64,000 nt of DNA. It comes from an uncultured archaeon. Its GTDB lineage: Archaea; Asgardarchaeota; Lokiarchaeia; Sigyniarchaeales; SOKP01. Shown here piece by piece: positions 42,494 through 52,161 of this stretch; within the stretch, counting starts at the first letter, position 1; each line of letters starts with the position of its first letter. The stretch lies in NCBI GenBank assembly GCA_964388035.1, contig CAYLZE010000014.1:1-64000 (forward strand). Direction: 5' to 3'. Under the pieces are notes generated by a model that ran no database searches, was not told the DNA's origin, and worked only from the letters and a program-made list of their open reading frames with translations. The translations under genes and the position numbers were made by a program.

Positions 42494-43222
42494 ATGGTTC
42501 ACTCTGAAAATTTTAGAATAGGTTTTGTCTTTGATCTTGATGGAACTCTGATTAACAGCACAGATATTGGCGATATTGCTGCTAAAGAAATTTTCCAAGA
42601 ATTTGATATCCAAATGACGGCAGAGTTACAGAAAGAAATTGATGAATTAACATACAAAATAATCGCGGGTGAAAATAGCAAAAGATTAAGCACGAAAGTC
42701 ATGTGGGCAATTTTTATAAAATTAGGACTCTCTTTTATTGAGAGAATAAAAGCATTGAAAATTGCTGCAGGAGTTTTTAAGCGTGAATCAAAAAAGATCA
42801 AACTCTATGAAGGAGTTCCCGAATTATTTCGCCTTTTAGATGAGAAATCCTATCCTTATACCATTGCTACCACTTCTTCCAAAAAAGAAGTGGATAGCAG
42901 GTTAACGAAGTTCCCGGATTTTTATGAAAAGCTTGAGGGAAAGATTATAACGAGGAGCGACGTCCAAAATTTAAAACCAAACTCTGAAAGCATCATGAAA
43001 GCTTCTGAAATCATGAATATTCCCTTAAACCATATCGTCATGGTAGGTGACATGCATACAGATATAATGATGGGTCAAAATGTAGGTGCTATCACGGTGG
43101 GCGTGTTAACTGGAATGTTTTCAAAAGAACAATTAAAAGAACTGAATCCCGATTTTATCATCAACGTGGTCTCTGATTTAAAAGACATTTTAGAAGATAT
43201 TAAGAAAAAGATGTATCAATAA
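42494..43222 (+). CDS. HAD-superfamily phosphatase (phosphoglycolate phosphatase-like)
   Basis: FDLDGTLINS, KP, MVGD...DI, GVLTG. Confidence 0.9.
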   Translation: MVHSENFRIGFVFDLDGTLINSTDIGDIAAKEIFQEFDIQMTAELQKEIDELTYKIIAGENSKRLSTKVMWAIFIKLGLSFIERIKALKIAAGVFKRESKKIKLYEGVPELFRLLDEKSYPYTIATTSSKKEVDSRLTKFPDFYEKLEGKIITRSDVQNLKPNSESIMKASEIMNIPLNHIVMVGDMHTDIMMGQNVGAITVGVLTGMFSKEQLKELNPDFIINVVSDLKDILEDIKKKMYQ

Positions 43223-43419
43223 CCTTAATTTTATGATTAGCAATAATTATTGCGTTGAGAGTAGTCTCTTTCTTTCTTTACTCCCCATGTAATGTAAAAT
43301 TTTAAATAAAAATACTACATTAATATCTTCAAATAATTTTGGTTTCAAAATTATAAATAAATACTTCAATTTCTTTACTTAATTTATTTATTATAACCCT
43401 ATAATAACTTAATTGATAC

Positions 43420-43764
43420 ATGTCTAACGAATTCGATCCTATTGAACCCAAAGATATACAATCCTTTATTGACGGTTTAAAAACTTCTTTTGATCTTCTT
43501 GGGGAAGCTGATCCCATGGAATCAAAAGGATTTCAAGCTCAAATAGCAAAAGCAATTTCAAATCTAAGAATGAAAAAGAAAGCTAAAATTGACAGCGGAC
43601 CCAAATTTTCCGAGCGGTTTTCTAAAGAAGAATTAAAGCAATTTCTTTTCGGAGAACTTGAAGAACTAAAAGAAAGATTAGATATGAAAGGAATTAGCGT
43701 TCGTCGAAGGTATGATTTAGTAATGGAGATAACCAAGTTGAGAGAAAAAATCTCGTCATTATAA
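43420..43764 (+). CDS. Hypothetical protein
   Basis: 114-aa ORF with ATG start and plausible composition. Confidence 0.7.
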   Translation: MSNEFDPIEPKDIQSFIDGLKTSFDLLGEADPMESKGFQAQIAKAISNLRMKKKAKIDSGPKFSERFSKEELKQFLFGELEELKERLDMKGISVRRRYDLVMEITKLREKISSL

Positions 43765-43806
43765 AGCTCTCTTTTTATTCATTAAAACCTTGATAAAAGT
43801 GGTGAA

Positions 43807-44571
43807 TTGGGCCTAATGATTGCTGATGTGCATTGTCATGTGAATCTCTATCTTGCTTTAGATCAGATAATAGAGGAAGCGTTAAAGGTGGGAGTGACGA
43901 AAATCATTGCGGTGGGAATGAGTACTCAAAGTCTGGAAAGAATAATTGAAATCTCTAAAAATTATAAAAATATTTATCCCGCTCTTGGAATTCATCCCGA
44001 AGAGGTTAAAATGAATCCAGAGATTGAAAATCAATTAGATTTTGTATCTGAATATATTAAGGATAATAATAATCAGATCATTGCAATTGGCGAAATCGGA
44101 ATAGATCATTATTTTATCAAAGAAAAAGAATTATACCCGCTTCAAGAAAAAGTGTTCAAAAAGATGCTTGAATTGGCGCAGCAATTAAATCTTCCCGTAA
44201 ATTTACATATTAAAGGTGCTGAAAAGCTTATTTTTGATATTTTACCTAACTATAGTTTATCTAATGTCAATATTCATTGGTATTCGGGACCCGAGCTATA
44301 TTTAAAATCGGGAATTGACAGGGGATATTATTTTTCGATAACTCCCGCAATTTCGTATTCTTCTGCAGTTAGGAAAACGGTGGAATATATCGATAAAGAG
44401 CACTTATTAGTGGAGAGCGATGGTCCTGTAAGATATTCGGGAGAAATAGGCACTCCCGCAATGACTCGCAAGGTTATCAATTCCATTGCAAAAATCAAAA
44501 ACATGTCTAAGGAGGATGTAGAGGAATCAATCTGGCAAAATACTAAGAAGATTTTCCCTAAAATATTTTAA
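43807..44571 (+). CDS. tatD: TatD family hydrolase
   Basis: DVHCH, GIHP, AIGEIGID, PVNLH, HWYSG, LVESDGP. Confidence 0.93.
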   Translation: MGLMIADVHCHVNLYLALDQIIEEALKVGVTKIIAVGMSTQSLERIIEISKNYKNIYPALGIHPEEVKMNPEIENQLDFVSEYIKDNNNQIIAIGEIGIDHYFIKEKELYPLQEKVFKKMLELAQQLNLPVNLHIKGAEKLIFDILPNYSLSNVNIHWYSGPELYLKSGIDRGYYFSITPAISYSSAVRKTVEYIDKEHLLVESDGPVRYSGEIGTPAMTRKVINSIAKIKNMSKEDVEESIWQNTKKIFPKIF

Positions 44572-44698
44572 TGCCTTGGAGATATAACCTCAACAATCGT
44601 CTTTTCTTACTTCATTTAATCTGAAAGATTAGAGCGAAAATTTTAAAAAAATAAGGAAATTTATTTAAATCTATTCAAGAAGATCATCCTTATATAAA

Positions 44699-45331
44699 TT
44701 AATCAAAATTTACTCCGAATTTTTTTAATTTCTCTATTAATTGTTCGGTATAATAATAATGGATTCCATTAAATCCTAAAGAGCGTGCAATTTTAATGTT
44801 TTTCTTTTCGTCGTCAATTAAAATAGCTTCAGAGGGTTTGCATCCTATATGCTTAATCAATTCCTCATAAAACGGTATCTCCCCTTTATTCAATTGATAA
44901 TCGAAACTAAAGACTGTATCATCAAAATACTTCATGAATCCACATTTTTTATCCAAGTATTCTATACGTTCTCGTATATTCCCGCTGAAAATAATTAATC
45001 GATATTTCATTCTTTTTAAAGTCTGTACTAATTCTCCCATTCCATAATGAACACAATATGCTCCGAACCAGATATAACGTACATGATCTTTTTGCTTTAC
45101 CTCAATACTTAATTTATCGAATAACTTTTTTTCAAATTCATCAATGGTTATTAATCCTTTTCTTAATAAATATCCCTCAGAATTAGCCTCATCCTTAAAT
45201 ATCTCTCGAAGCAATTTTTCATTTTTGATATCGTAAATTTCTTTGATTTTCTCAATTGCTAAGTGAGTTCCGGCCGTAAAATAAACCCCTCCCAAATCAA
45301 AAACAATCGTTTTTATATTATAAGATGTCAA
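44699..45331 (-). CDS. HAD-superfamily hydrolase (YihX-like)
   Basis: IVFDLGGV, FSGN, LIDD...NI..A..LG. Confidence 0.88.
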   Translation of the reverse strand: MTSYNIKTIVFDLGGVYFTAGTHLAIEKIKEIYDIKNEKLLREIFKDEANSEGYLLRKGLITIDEFEKKLFDKLSIEVKQKDHVRYIWFGAYCVHYGMGELVQTLKRMKYRLIIFSGNIRERIEYLDKKCGFMKYFDDTVFSFDYQLNKGEIPFYEELIKHIGCKPSEAILIDDEKKNIKIARSLGFNGIHYYYTEQLIEKLKKFGVNFD

Positions 45332-45471
45332 GATTAGAACCTCTTTAGTATAATTTACATGTTAAATATTAATTAATATCCCTTATTTTATTTATTCATT
45401 TATGAAAAGGATTAGATAAATAGAAATATATTAACCTGCTCTGTAAAATGAAAAATAAGCAAGTAATTATA

Positions 45472-46485
45472 TTAATTAGATCCGTGAGCTTTAATTAAAT
45501 TTATCAAAGATTCGGGTAATTCATTTCGATTTTGCATTCTTACTAACAAATCCTCTACTTCTTTGATAGTATTCCCGTAAATATGCAAAGAATTAGAAAA
45601 ATCTAAATAATGTCCAATTTCAACGTTCAATTGCTCAGCAACATGTTTTTGAATTCTTATCATGCCATTTACATTTGCTTCCCAAGCCCGAAATAAATCG
45701 CGGCTTCTCCATGTAGTTTGCATCAACAATTTTCCTTCTTTTATCCTCATATAGATTCTCTGAAGGCAAGGAGGATCAAAATGGAAGGGGTCTACTAAAG
45801 GACGCCAAGTGATCGCTTGAGCTCGACGAGAATAAGGTTTTTCTTTTAACTTTTCGATTATATATTCGATTTGATTAATTCGGGGGAAAGAAAGCACTTC
45901 AATAGGTAATTGTTCAATTCCAAGTTGTTCCTTTATCTCCTTGTCCAATTCCAGTTCAATTCCATTTTCCAATTTCCATACATAAGAATCTCCTTTTTTT
46001 TCTATCTTTTTAGCTTCAACTAACTTTTGATGGTTCTTGACCTCACTACTTTTCACGCAAGTTATATCATAATGCTTATGTATGGTATCTTCCAAGGAAT
46101 AGGGTGCATAATTATAAATTCTATCGTGATAGGAATACGGGAAGCTAAGTCCTGAATCTTGAATATAATGATCATTAATTCCTTCCATTATTTCTTCAAT
46201 ATAGCCGCTTTGAATAGAACCCATTAAATAAGTATCTGCAATGCAACCATATATTTCATATGAAGTGCCGTATTTAGATTTGATCTTTACTTCTTTATTA
46301 TTTCTAATGACAGGGTCTTTAAATGGTTCTTTTACTTCAATCAGCGCAGTCACATCTTTCGAAGGGGGATCTTCGGGCCGATCATATTCTGTTTTGATAT
46401 CATCCCCATTATATAAAATTTCACAAACCGCCTTTAACCACGCATCCTTGATGCTCTTTTCTGAAATAAAAATTACTTTCGCCAT
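45472..46485 (-). CDS. thyA: Archaeal-type thymidylate synthase
   Basis: YSYHDRI, NQI, SRRAQAITW, PPCLQ (catalytic Cys), WRSRD, SLHIY. Confidence 0.85.
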   Translation of the reverse strand: MAKVIFISEKSIKDAWLKAVCEILYNGDDIKTEYDRPEDPPSKDVTALIEVKEPFKDPVIRNNKEVKIKSKYGTSYEIYGCIADTYLMGSIQSGYIEEIMEGINDHYIQDSGLSFPYSYHDRIYNYAPYSLEDTIHKHYDITCVKSSEVKNHQKLVEAKKIEKKGDSYVWKLENGIELELDKEIKEQLGIEQLPIEVLSFPRINQIEYIIEKLKEKPYSRRAQAITWRPLVDPFHFDPPCLQRIYMRIKEGKLLMQTTWRSRDLFRAWEANVNGMIRIQKHVAEQLNVEIGHYLDFSNSLHIYGNTIKEVEDLLVRMQNRNELPESLINLIKAHGSN

Positions 46486-46685
46486 GGTAGTTATTTAAAC
46501 ATTTTAGATCTTTAAAAATCGACAAAATTTTAATATTTCTGTTAAAACCTTAATAAAATTTCATGAGCGTAAAAATAAATTTACTATGGAAAAATGATCA
46601 GGTAATCCCGAGTCGTCACATTATATTATCAGTATAAATATTTTTAAAGGAATGGAAATATAAATCTGCGATATTAACTAATTAC

Positions 46686-47648
46686 ATGGACCAATTTAGT
46701 TTTCAAAATTCAGAGAATTTAACCATCACGGGTAAATGGCTTTCATTTCCTTTAAAGGAGTCTAAAACACTTAAGAAAGCATGGGATCTCCTACTTATTC
46801 ACGCATTTCCCTTTGATTCTACCATATATTTACCTAACATGAAATCTGAATCACTCATAAAAGAACTTAATGAATTGGCATTAAAAATAGGTAGAATTAG
46901 GTTATTTTTTCCAGATCTTCCCGGTTTTGGAACCAGTACTCCTTTCAAAACAAAGCCTATAAATCTTGCCCCTTATGTCAAAATAATCCACGAAATTATC
47001 CAAAAGTTCGAAATTGAAAATCTAATTTTAGGGGGATGTTCTATGGGAGGCTATATTGCTTTGGAATATACTCGTGCTTATCCTAGCGAGTTAGCAGGTA
47101 TGATATTAATGGATACTAAAACAGCTGCAGATAATGAAGAACAAAAAGCCAATCGAAGGACCACGGTAAAAAAAATTGAAGAAAGTCTCAAATCATATCA
47201 GAGAAATAATGGAAATATTAAACTTCAACAATTATATGACACCGATGACGCTATAAAAGATTTCATAGATGACTTACGCGAAAAAATCACCTCCAAAAAG
47301 AATACTTCGAGTAAGCAATTATTATCAGAACAAATCTTATTAATGATGAAAGAGCAAAGTCCCAATGGAGTAATTCACGCATTACTCGCAATGGCCGGAA
47401 GAAATGATACCACTGCAACCCTTGAATCATTTAATAAAAATGTTTTAATTGTGGTAGGTTCGGAAGATTCCATTACTCCGATTGAAATTGCTCAAAATAT
47501 GAAGAAAATAGCATCAAATGCTTCTTTAAAAATTATCGATTCAGCAGGACATTTGTCAAATTTTGAAAATCCAACCATCTTCAATCAAATTCTATTCGAA
47601 TGGTTAAAGAATTCCGTTTCACCAAAAATATCAGCGCGATATCTATAA
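46686..47648 (+). CDS. Alpha/beta hydrolase
   Basis: IHAFP, PDLPGFG.S, GCSMGG, GSED.ITP, AGHLSNFE.P. Confidence 0.9.
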   Translation: MDQFSFQNSENLTITGKWLSFPLKESKTLKKAWDLLLIHAFPFDSTIYLPNMKSESLIKELNELALKIGRIRLFFPDLPGFGTSTPFKTKPINLAPYVKIIHEIIQKFEIENLILGGCSMGGYIALEYTRAYPSELAGMILMDTKTAADNEEQKANRRTTVKKIEESLKSYQRNNGNIKLQQLYDTDDAIKDFIDDLREKITSKKNTSSKQLLSEQILLMMKEQSPNGVIHALLAMAGRNDTTATLESFNKNVLIVVGSEDSITPIEIAQNMKKIASNASLKIIDSAGHLSNFENPTIFNQILFEWLKNSVSPKISARYL

Positions 47649-47750
47649 ACCTTTTCAATTATAACTTTTAAAGGGTCTTAGAGATTAAACGGTCATGGAA
47701 AAATTTTTAGAGATGAATTTATTTAATATGCATAGAGACTATTTTAAAAG

Positions 47751-48056
47751 GTGGGATCATACATGATAAAGCTAAATCTGGAATTCTCTCCACCGTTTAA
47801 TGAGGTTGCGGGAAAAATATTTCAAACTTTTGAATTCGAACATCCTATTACTTTAAAAGAACTACTGGAATATCTCCGAAAAAAATTTGGCGAAGAATTT
47901 CATAAATTGGTATGGGAGAATGGAATCGAAGGAAAATTCAATAAACTCTTATCTCTCATAATTAATGGCAATTCCTATAGACACGAGGGATTCCTAGATA
48001 CCGTGTTAAATGATGGGGATGAAATTGTGTTTATCTATATTTATTTCGGGGGTTAA
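47751..48056 (+). CDS. MoaD/ThiS/SAMP ubiquitin-like protein
   Basis: Beta-grasp pattern IING...LDT.L.DGDEI and C-terminal GG. Confidence 0.88.
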   Translation: MGSYMIKLNLEFSPPFNEVAGKIFQTFEFEHPITLKELLEYLRKKFGEEFHKLVWENGIEGKFNKLLSLIINGNSYRHEGFLDTVLNDGDEIVFIYIYFGG

Positions 48057-48147
48057 AGCAACCCACCAAAATGATTTTTTCCGAAGATAATTATCATGAT
48101 CTTTTAACATTTGAGGTAAAAATTAAAATAATTAAAAAACCAAGCAA

Positions 48148-48558
48148 TTAGAATCCATCCCAAAATTTCTTGATTGGTTCTTCAAGAGCATGTTCAATCT
48201 CTTTTTCAAATCCTAAAAATTGGGTTAATTCACAATCAAAGTCATCCTTACAAGCATCCGGATAAAGTTCTAAGAATTTATCTGAAATTGCTTCAAGCTC
48301 TTCATTAACTTTCTTTTCTTTTATCGTTTTAGGATAATTGCATATAAATAATAGATTACTTTTTCTGATTATTGTGAATTTTTTATCGCTAAGTTCAAAA
48401 TTTGACAAGCCCCCCTCTGATAATTGTTCAGCAAATGAATTTAACGCACTCATCAGGGCTCCAAATAATTGATCCTCTATTTTCTTATTAAAAACCCTAC
48501 TAAATAAAACAATTCCATTACTCTTTTGAATCCAAAGATCTTGTATGAGCTTAGCCAA
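48148..48558 (-). CDS. Longin/Roadblock-like domain protein
   Basis: WI..SNGI.LFSR...DQLFGALMSALNSFA.QL..G.L..FEL...KF.I....LLFI pattern. Confidence 0.75.
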   Translation of the reverse strand: MAKLIQDLWIQKSNGIVLFSRVFNKKIEDQLFGALMSALNSFAEQLSEGGLSNFELSDKKFTIIRKSNLLFICNYPKTIKEKKVNEELEAISDKFLELYPDACKDDFDCELTQFLGFEKEIEHALEEPIKKFWDGF

Positions 48559-48635
48559 AAAAATCCCTACAATCTGCTTTTTATTTCATGTTCTCTTATG
48601 GATTAAATTTCATTTTAAAGTTAAATAATTTTCCT

Positions 48636-49394
48636 TTACTCTCCCGGCTTTTGTCCCAAAGCATTAACAGAGCGTAAAAACAATCGCTTCATCCACCCGG
48701 GCAAAATAAAACCCCCATAAAATTCTATGGCACTCAGAATTAATATGGAACGGAAAATTACGAGAGTGATTGCATCTGTTGGAATGGTTGCATCTAAAAT
48801 TGCACCTATACAAAACGTGGGAGCAGCAAGGATGAGTAATTTCCCCTTCAATTTCGTCTCAGGATCCCCGATTTTTATTGTCTCTATTCCAAATTTTATC
48901 ACCGTGACAAATAAAATTACTATCATGAAGAATAAATATATGATCAAGACCGTGAGATTTCCTGAGGTGTCGACTGGCGAAATTTTATGCCCGATATAAC
49001 TGGGGTCCGTTATCAAAAAATAGAGGAATATAACATAAAAACCTAATGAAATGAGTGTCGTAATTGCCATGATTAGCTTTCGCTTTTCTTTATATAAAAA
49101 ATTGGTAAATGCAAGTAGCCACAATATTAAGGCGAGAGGGAGTAACAAAAAATTTAGAGCCATTATCGTTCCAAATGATAACCCTTCTCCACCCGTAAAC
49201 AAAGCAACGTAAAATGAGGCGGTCGTTCCATACCAACCTGAGACAAACAAACACCACGCTAAACCAACATAGATGAAATTCCGATTTTGATTTTTAAAAT
49301 ATTTCGATACTATTATGAGCCCTAAAATAATAGATAATCCAACCAATAATGTCCCAAATATACCATTGATGAAATCTAGTGTTGATAATACCAT
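48636..49394 (-). CDS. Seven-TM membrane protein
   Basis: Seven hydrophobic segments, C-terminal Y.GF.LP.W.K; 77 bp upstream of the longin-like gene. Confidence 0.75.
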   Translation of the reverse strand: MVLSTLDFINGIFGTLLVGLSIILGLIIVSKYFKNQNRNFIYVGLAWCLFVSGWYGTTASFYVALFTGGEGLSFGTIMALNFLLLPLALILWLLAFTNFLYKEKRKLIMAITTLISLGFYVIFLYFLITDPSYIGHKISPVDTSGNLTVLIIYLFFMIVILFVTVIKFGIETIKIGDPETKLKGKLLILAAPTFCIGAILDATIPTDAITLVIFRSILILSAIEFYGGFILPGWMKRLFLRSVNALGQKPGE

Positions 49395-49593
49395 TTTATC
49401 ATCCCATTATATTGTTCTTATATAATCTTACTAATTTAAAAAAATGAAACGATAATTACAATATAAAAAGACTTTAATTTTAATTTTTCGAACTAATTAA
49501 AAATAACAGTTTTTTCAAGCCTATTTATTTTCTATTTCCTTTAATTTCCTCAATTTTAGTAAGAATTCAAAAGTGTCATGTCGTACATGCTAA

Positions 49594-51021
49594 TTATTTT
49601 TTATTTTTTAGGTTCGTGATTCTAGTCAATTTTTTCAAGGTATTAACACCTATTACCGCTTCTTCAATACTATGAAAAGCAGGTATATTGCTTAGTTCAA
49701 GAGCTTCAATGATGCTTCCATATTTTGGGATGTAGGGAATGAAACATACCAACGGCTTTCTTTCCAAAGTAACAGTGTTTGCAATCCTTCGTCCAATTTG
49801 GAACGTTATAGAGGGAGTATAAGGTAATATCAGGACAATAATGCATTCTATTCGTTCAATTCTAGATAAATATTGAATTAGTTTCTCCATATCTTCATCT
49901 TTTGCTGAGCCCGTGAGATCAATTGGGTTTCTAAAAGTGGCAATTTCTCTAGCTACGGGATTGACCAATTCGCTCATCTCATCTTGTTCTTTTTGAGTAA
50001 AGTCTATCGCAGATAAACCGTAATTTTTTAATAGATCAGCACAAATTACACCATGTCCTCCAGAAAGAGATAAAATGGCAACATTTCCATGAATAACGTT
50101 ATCGTGTTTAAATGGCTTCTTTTTGTGGGCTAATATATCTAACAACTTCAATTCAGTTAATAATTCAAGTTCCGTGAGGGGTTGCATGATTAAATATTGT
50201 TTCAACGCAGCTTCAAGCACTTTATCATTCCCCGAAAGACTTGCGGTATGAGATTGGGTTGCACTTTTTCCTTTCTCTGATAATCCACCAAAATATATAA
50301 TAACATTATCCTTCGATTCTTTTGCCAACCGTAGAAATTCTCTACTCTTAGAGGATTTAAAAGCCTCCAGGTAAAAGGCAATATTTTCTGTTTCCTTATC
50401 TCGCTTACTAAAATATTCTAAAAGCATGGTTTCATCTACCACGGCCCGATTCCCTATGGATACCGCCGTGGAGACGCCAATATGAATTTGATTAAATTTA
50501 TGAAAAAACTGGTCGACCAAGACACCTCCTGATTGACTGATTAATGCAACCGTGCCTTTGGGGGGGCGTGTTATCCGCTCGGTGGGCATAAAAATTGTAT
50601 CTAACAAGGGTGGTGAATACACTCCAATGCAATTAGGTCCAAGTACAGCAATATCATTGTCCGTTGCGATTTGAACAAGTTTTTCTTGTCTCTTTACCCC
50701 TTCACCCCCAATTTCAGCAAATCCTCCGCTAATAATGATGCATCCTGGAATATCATAATCAACACATTTTTGCACATATTCAAGCGTAGATTGAGCGGGA
50801 ATGGCTATTACCATGACATCCGGTTTTTTGGGTAAATCTTCCATGCTTGAATACAGCTCAACCCCTTCGATTTCACCCCCTTCTGGATGAATCCCATATA
50901 CCTCGACCTGCATCTCAAACACGTTCTTGATGAAAATAATTCTTCCGGGACTTAACGGGTTATGCTTGCTTATTCCCACGACCACCATGGTTTTTGGTTT
51001 AAAAAGCTTTTCTAAATCCAT
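49594..51021 (-). CDS. ADP-forming acyl-CoA synthetase alpha subunit-like (CoA-binding) protein
   Basis: LFKPK..VVG, IISGGFAE, LGPNCIG, ISQSGG, SIGN, SHTASL (phospho-His), NPIDLTG. Confidence 0.88.
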   Translation of the reverse strand: MDLEKLFKPKTMVVVGISKHNPLSPGRIIFIKNVFEMQVEVYGIHPEGGEIEGVELYSSMEDLPKKPDVMVIAIPAQSTLEYVQKCVDYDIPGCIIISGGFAEIGGEGVKRQEKLVQIATDNDIAVLGPNCIGVYSPPLLDTIFMPTERITRPPKGTVALISQSGGVLVDQFFHKFNQIHIGVSTAVSIGNRAVVDETMLLEYFSKRDKETENIAFYLEAFKSSKSREFLRLAKESKDNVIIYFGGLSEKGKSATQSHTASLSGNDKVLEAALKQYLIMQPLTELELLTELKLLDILAHKKKPFKHDNVIHGNVAILSLSGGHGVICADLLKNYGLSAIDFTQKEQDEMSELVNPVAREIATFRNPIDLTGSAKDEDMEKLIQYLSRIERIECIIVLILPYTPSITFQIGRRIANTVTLERKPLVCFIPYIPKYGSIIEALELSNIPAFHSIEEAVIGVNTLKKLTRITNLKNKK

Positions 51022-51228
51022 CTTTTTCCCATTCTTCTATTTTTCAAATCTATATGATCATTGTTATCTTAGATATATTTAGGCTTGTTCCTTATATTAT
51101 ATTAACCCTATTGATTATTGACAAAAATGGAAGCTGATCTTCAAAAAAAAGGAAATTGAATGTTCCCTTGCCCTACTTGACATGCTCTTATATTCTTCAT
51201 GCGTAAGATGCTTATTTTTCTATTTAAT

Positions 51229-51467
51229 GGGATCCATTATCATGGCAAATGAAGACTCTTCTCCTGCCTAAAGAGGATTATATAAAAAAGGACAGAGGTT
51301 CCATACCACTCCATAACAAAAAGGCCTTATGAGCCTCCTACATATAAATAATTAATATTGTTATTTTTAAAATATTTCAATGCAATCGTAATTTCTAAGC
51401 CAATGGATATTCCAACTACGAGAATCCCCAGAATGCAATTTAAAGAATCTAATGGAAGTAATATTAT
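51229..51467 (-). pseudogene. Relic of the N-terminal part of a 7-TM gene paralogous to 48636-49394
   Basis: IILLPLDSLNCILGILVVGISIGLEITIALKYFKNNNINYLYVGGS*GLFVMEWYGTSVLFY vs MVLSTLDFINGIFGTLLVGLSIILGLIIVSKYFKNQNRNFIYVGLAWCLFVSGWYGTTASFY. Confidence 0.85.
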
Positions 51468-51574
51468 TTCTATTTTATCCTTTTTTTTTGACGGGCACCA
51501 TAGCAAAAAATTTAAGGAACCCTTTTATTGCTAGTAAGTAAAATTCAATAAAACATTAACTATCTTCTGTCTAA

Positions 51575-51714
51575 TTTGCACCTTCGAATAGTGCAAAATT
51601 ATACTCAACTCACCAATTCATCGACTTAACGCGGACTGCGTATATTTAAATAATAAACATACTATTACTATTATAATAAAATAAAATACGCAATACTAAT
51701 TCACGAAAGTATTG
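51575..51714. promoter_or_regulatory. Promoter region of the Roadblock-lux cluster with two inverted repeats
   Basis: TTTGCAC-N9-GTGCAAA (51575-97) and CAATACT-N10-AGTATTG (51691-714) flank TATA-like AT tracts. Confidence 0.4.
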
Positions 51715-51780
51715 AGATTGACTGATAAACTATTAAGAGAGTGACTTATTATTTTATCAAATGACGAAACAGTTAAGATA

Positions 51781-52161
51781 TTGAAAGAAAAAATGATTGA
51801 ATTTGCCAACTCTCAAGATGGCGTAAAGGGTCAAATACTTATCACCTATCCAGATGGAGTTCCTATTGTCAATACATGGAGAGGTGAAATTGATCCGGTA
51901 TTGGTAGGTGCTCTTTCTGCTGCGGTAAAATTAACATTTAGATATCTTTGTCGAAAATTGAGAAAAGGAGACCTTAAACGGCTATATATGAATAGCGATT
52001 ATGGAAGAGTTATCATCCAAGATGCAGGAGAGAATGCGATATTAACAACAATAATAGAAAAATATGCTGATCTTTTTGGAATTGTATTTGGGGTAAGTAA
52101 TCTTTCTCTTGAATTAGAAAACTATTTACATGGATTTGTACTACGGGTGTCAGATGTTTGA
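51781..52161 (+). CDS. Roadblock/LC7 (MglB/LAMTOR-like) protein
   Basis: GV.GQILI..DGVPI, VGALSAA, L.KGDL..LY.NS.YGRVII..AGENAILT, DLFG.VF. Confidence 0.9.
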   Translation: MKEKMIEFANSQDGVKGQILITYPDGVPIVNTWRGEIDPVLVGALSAAVKLTFRYLCRKLRKGDLKRLYMNSDYGRVIIQDAGENAILTTIIEKYADLFGIVFGVSNLSLELENYLHGFVLRVSDV

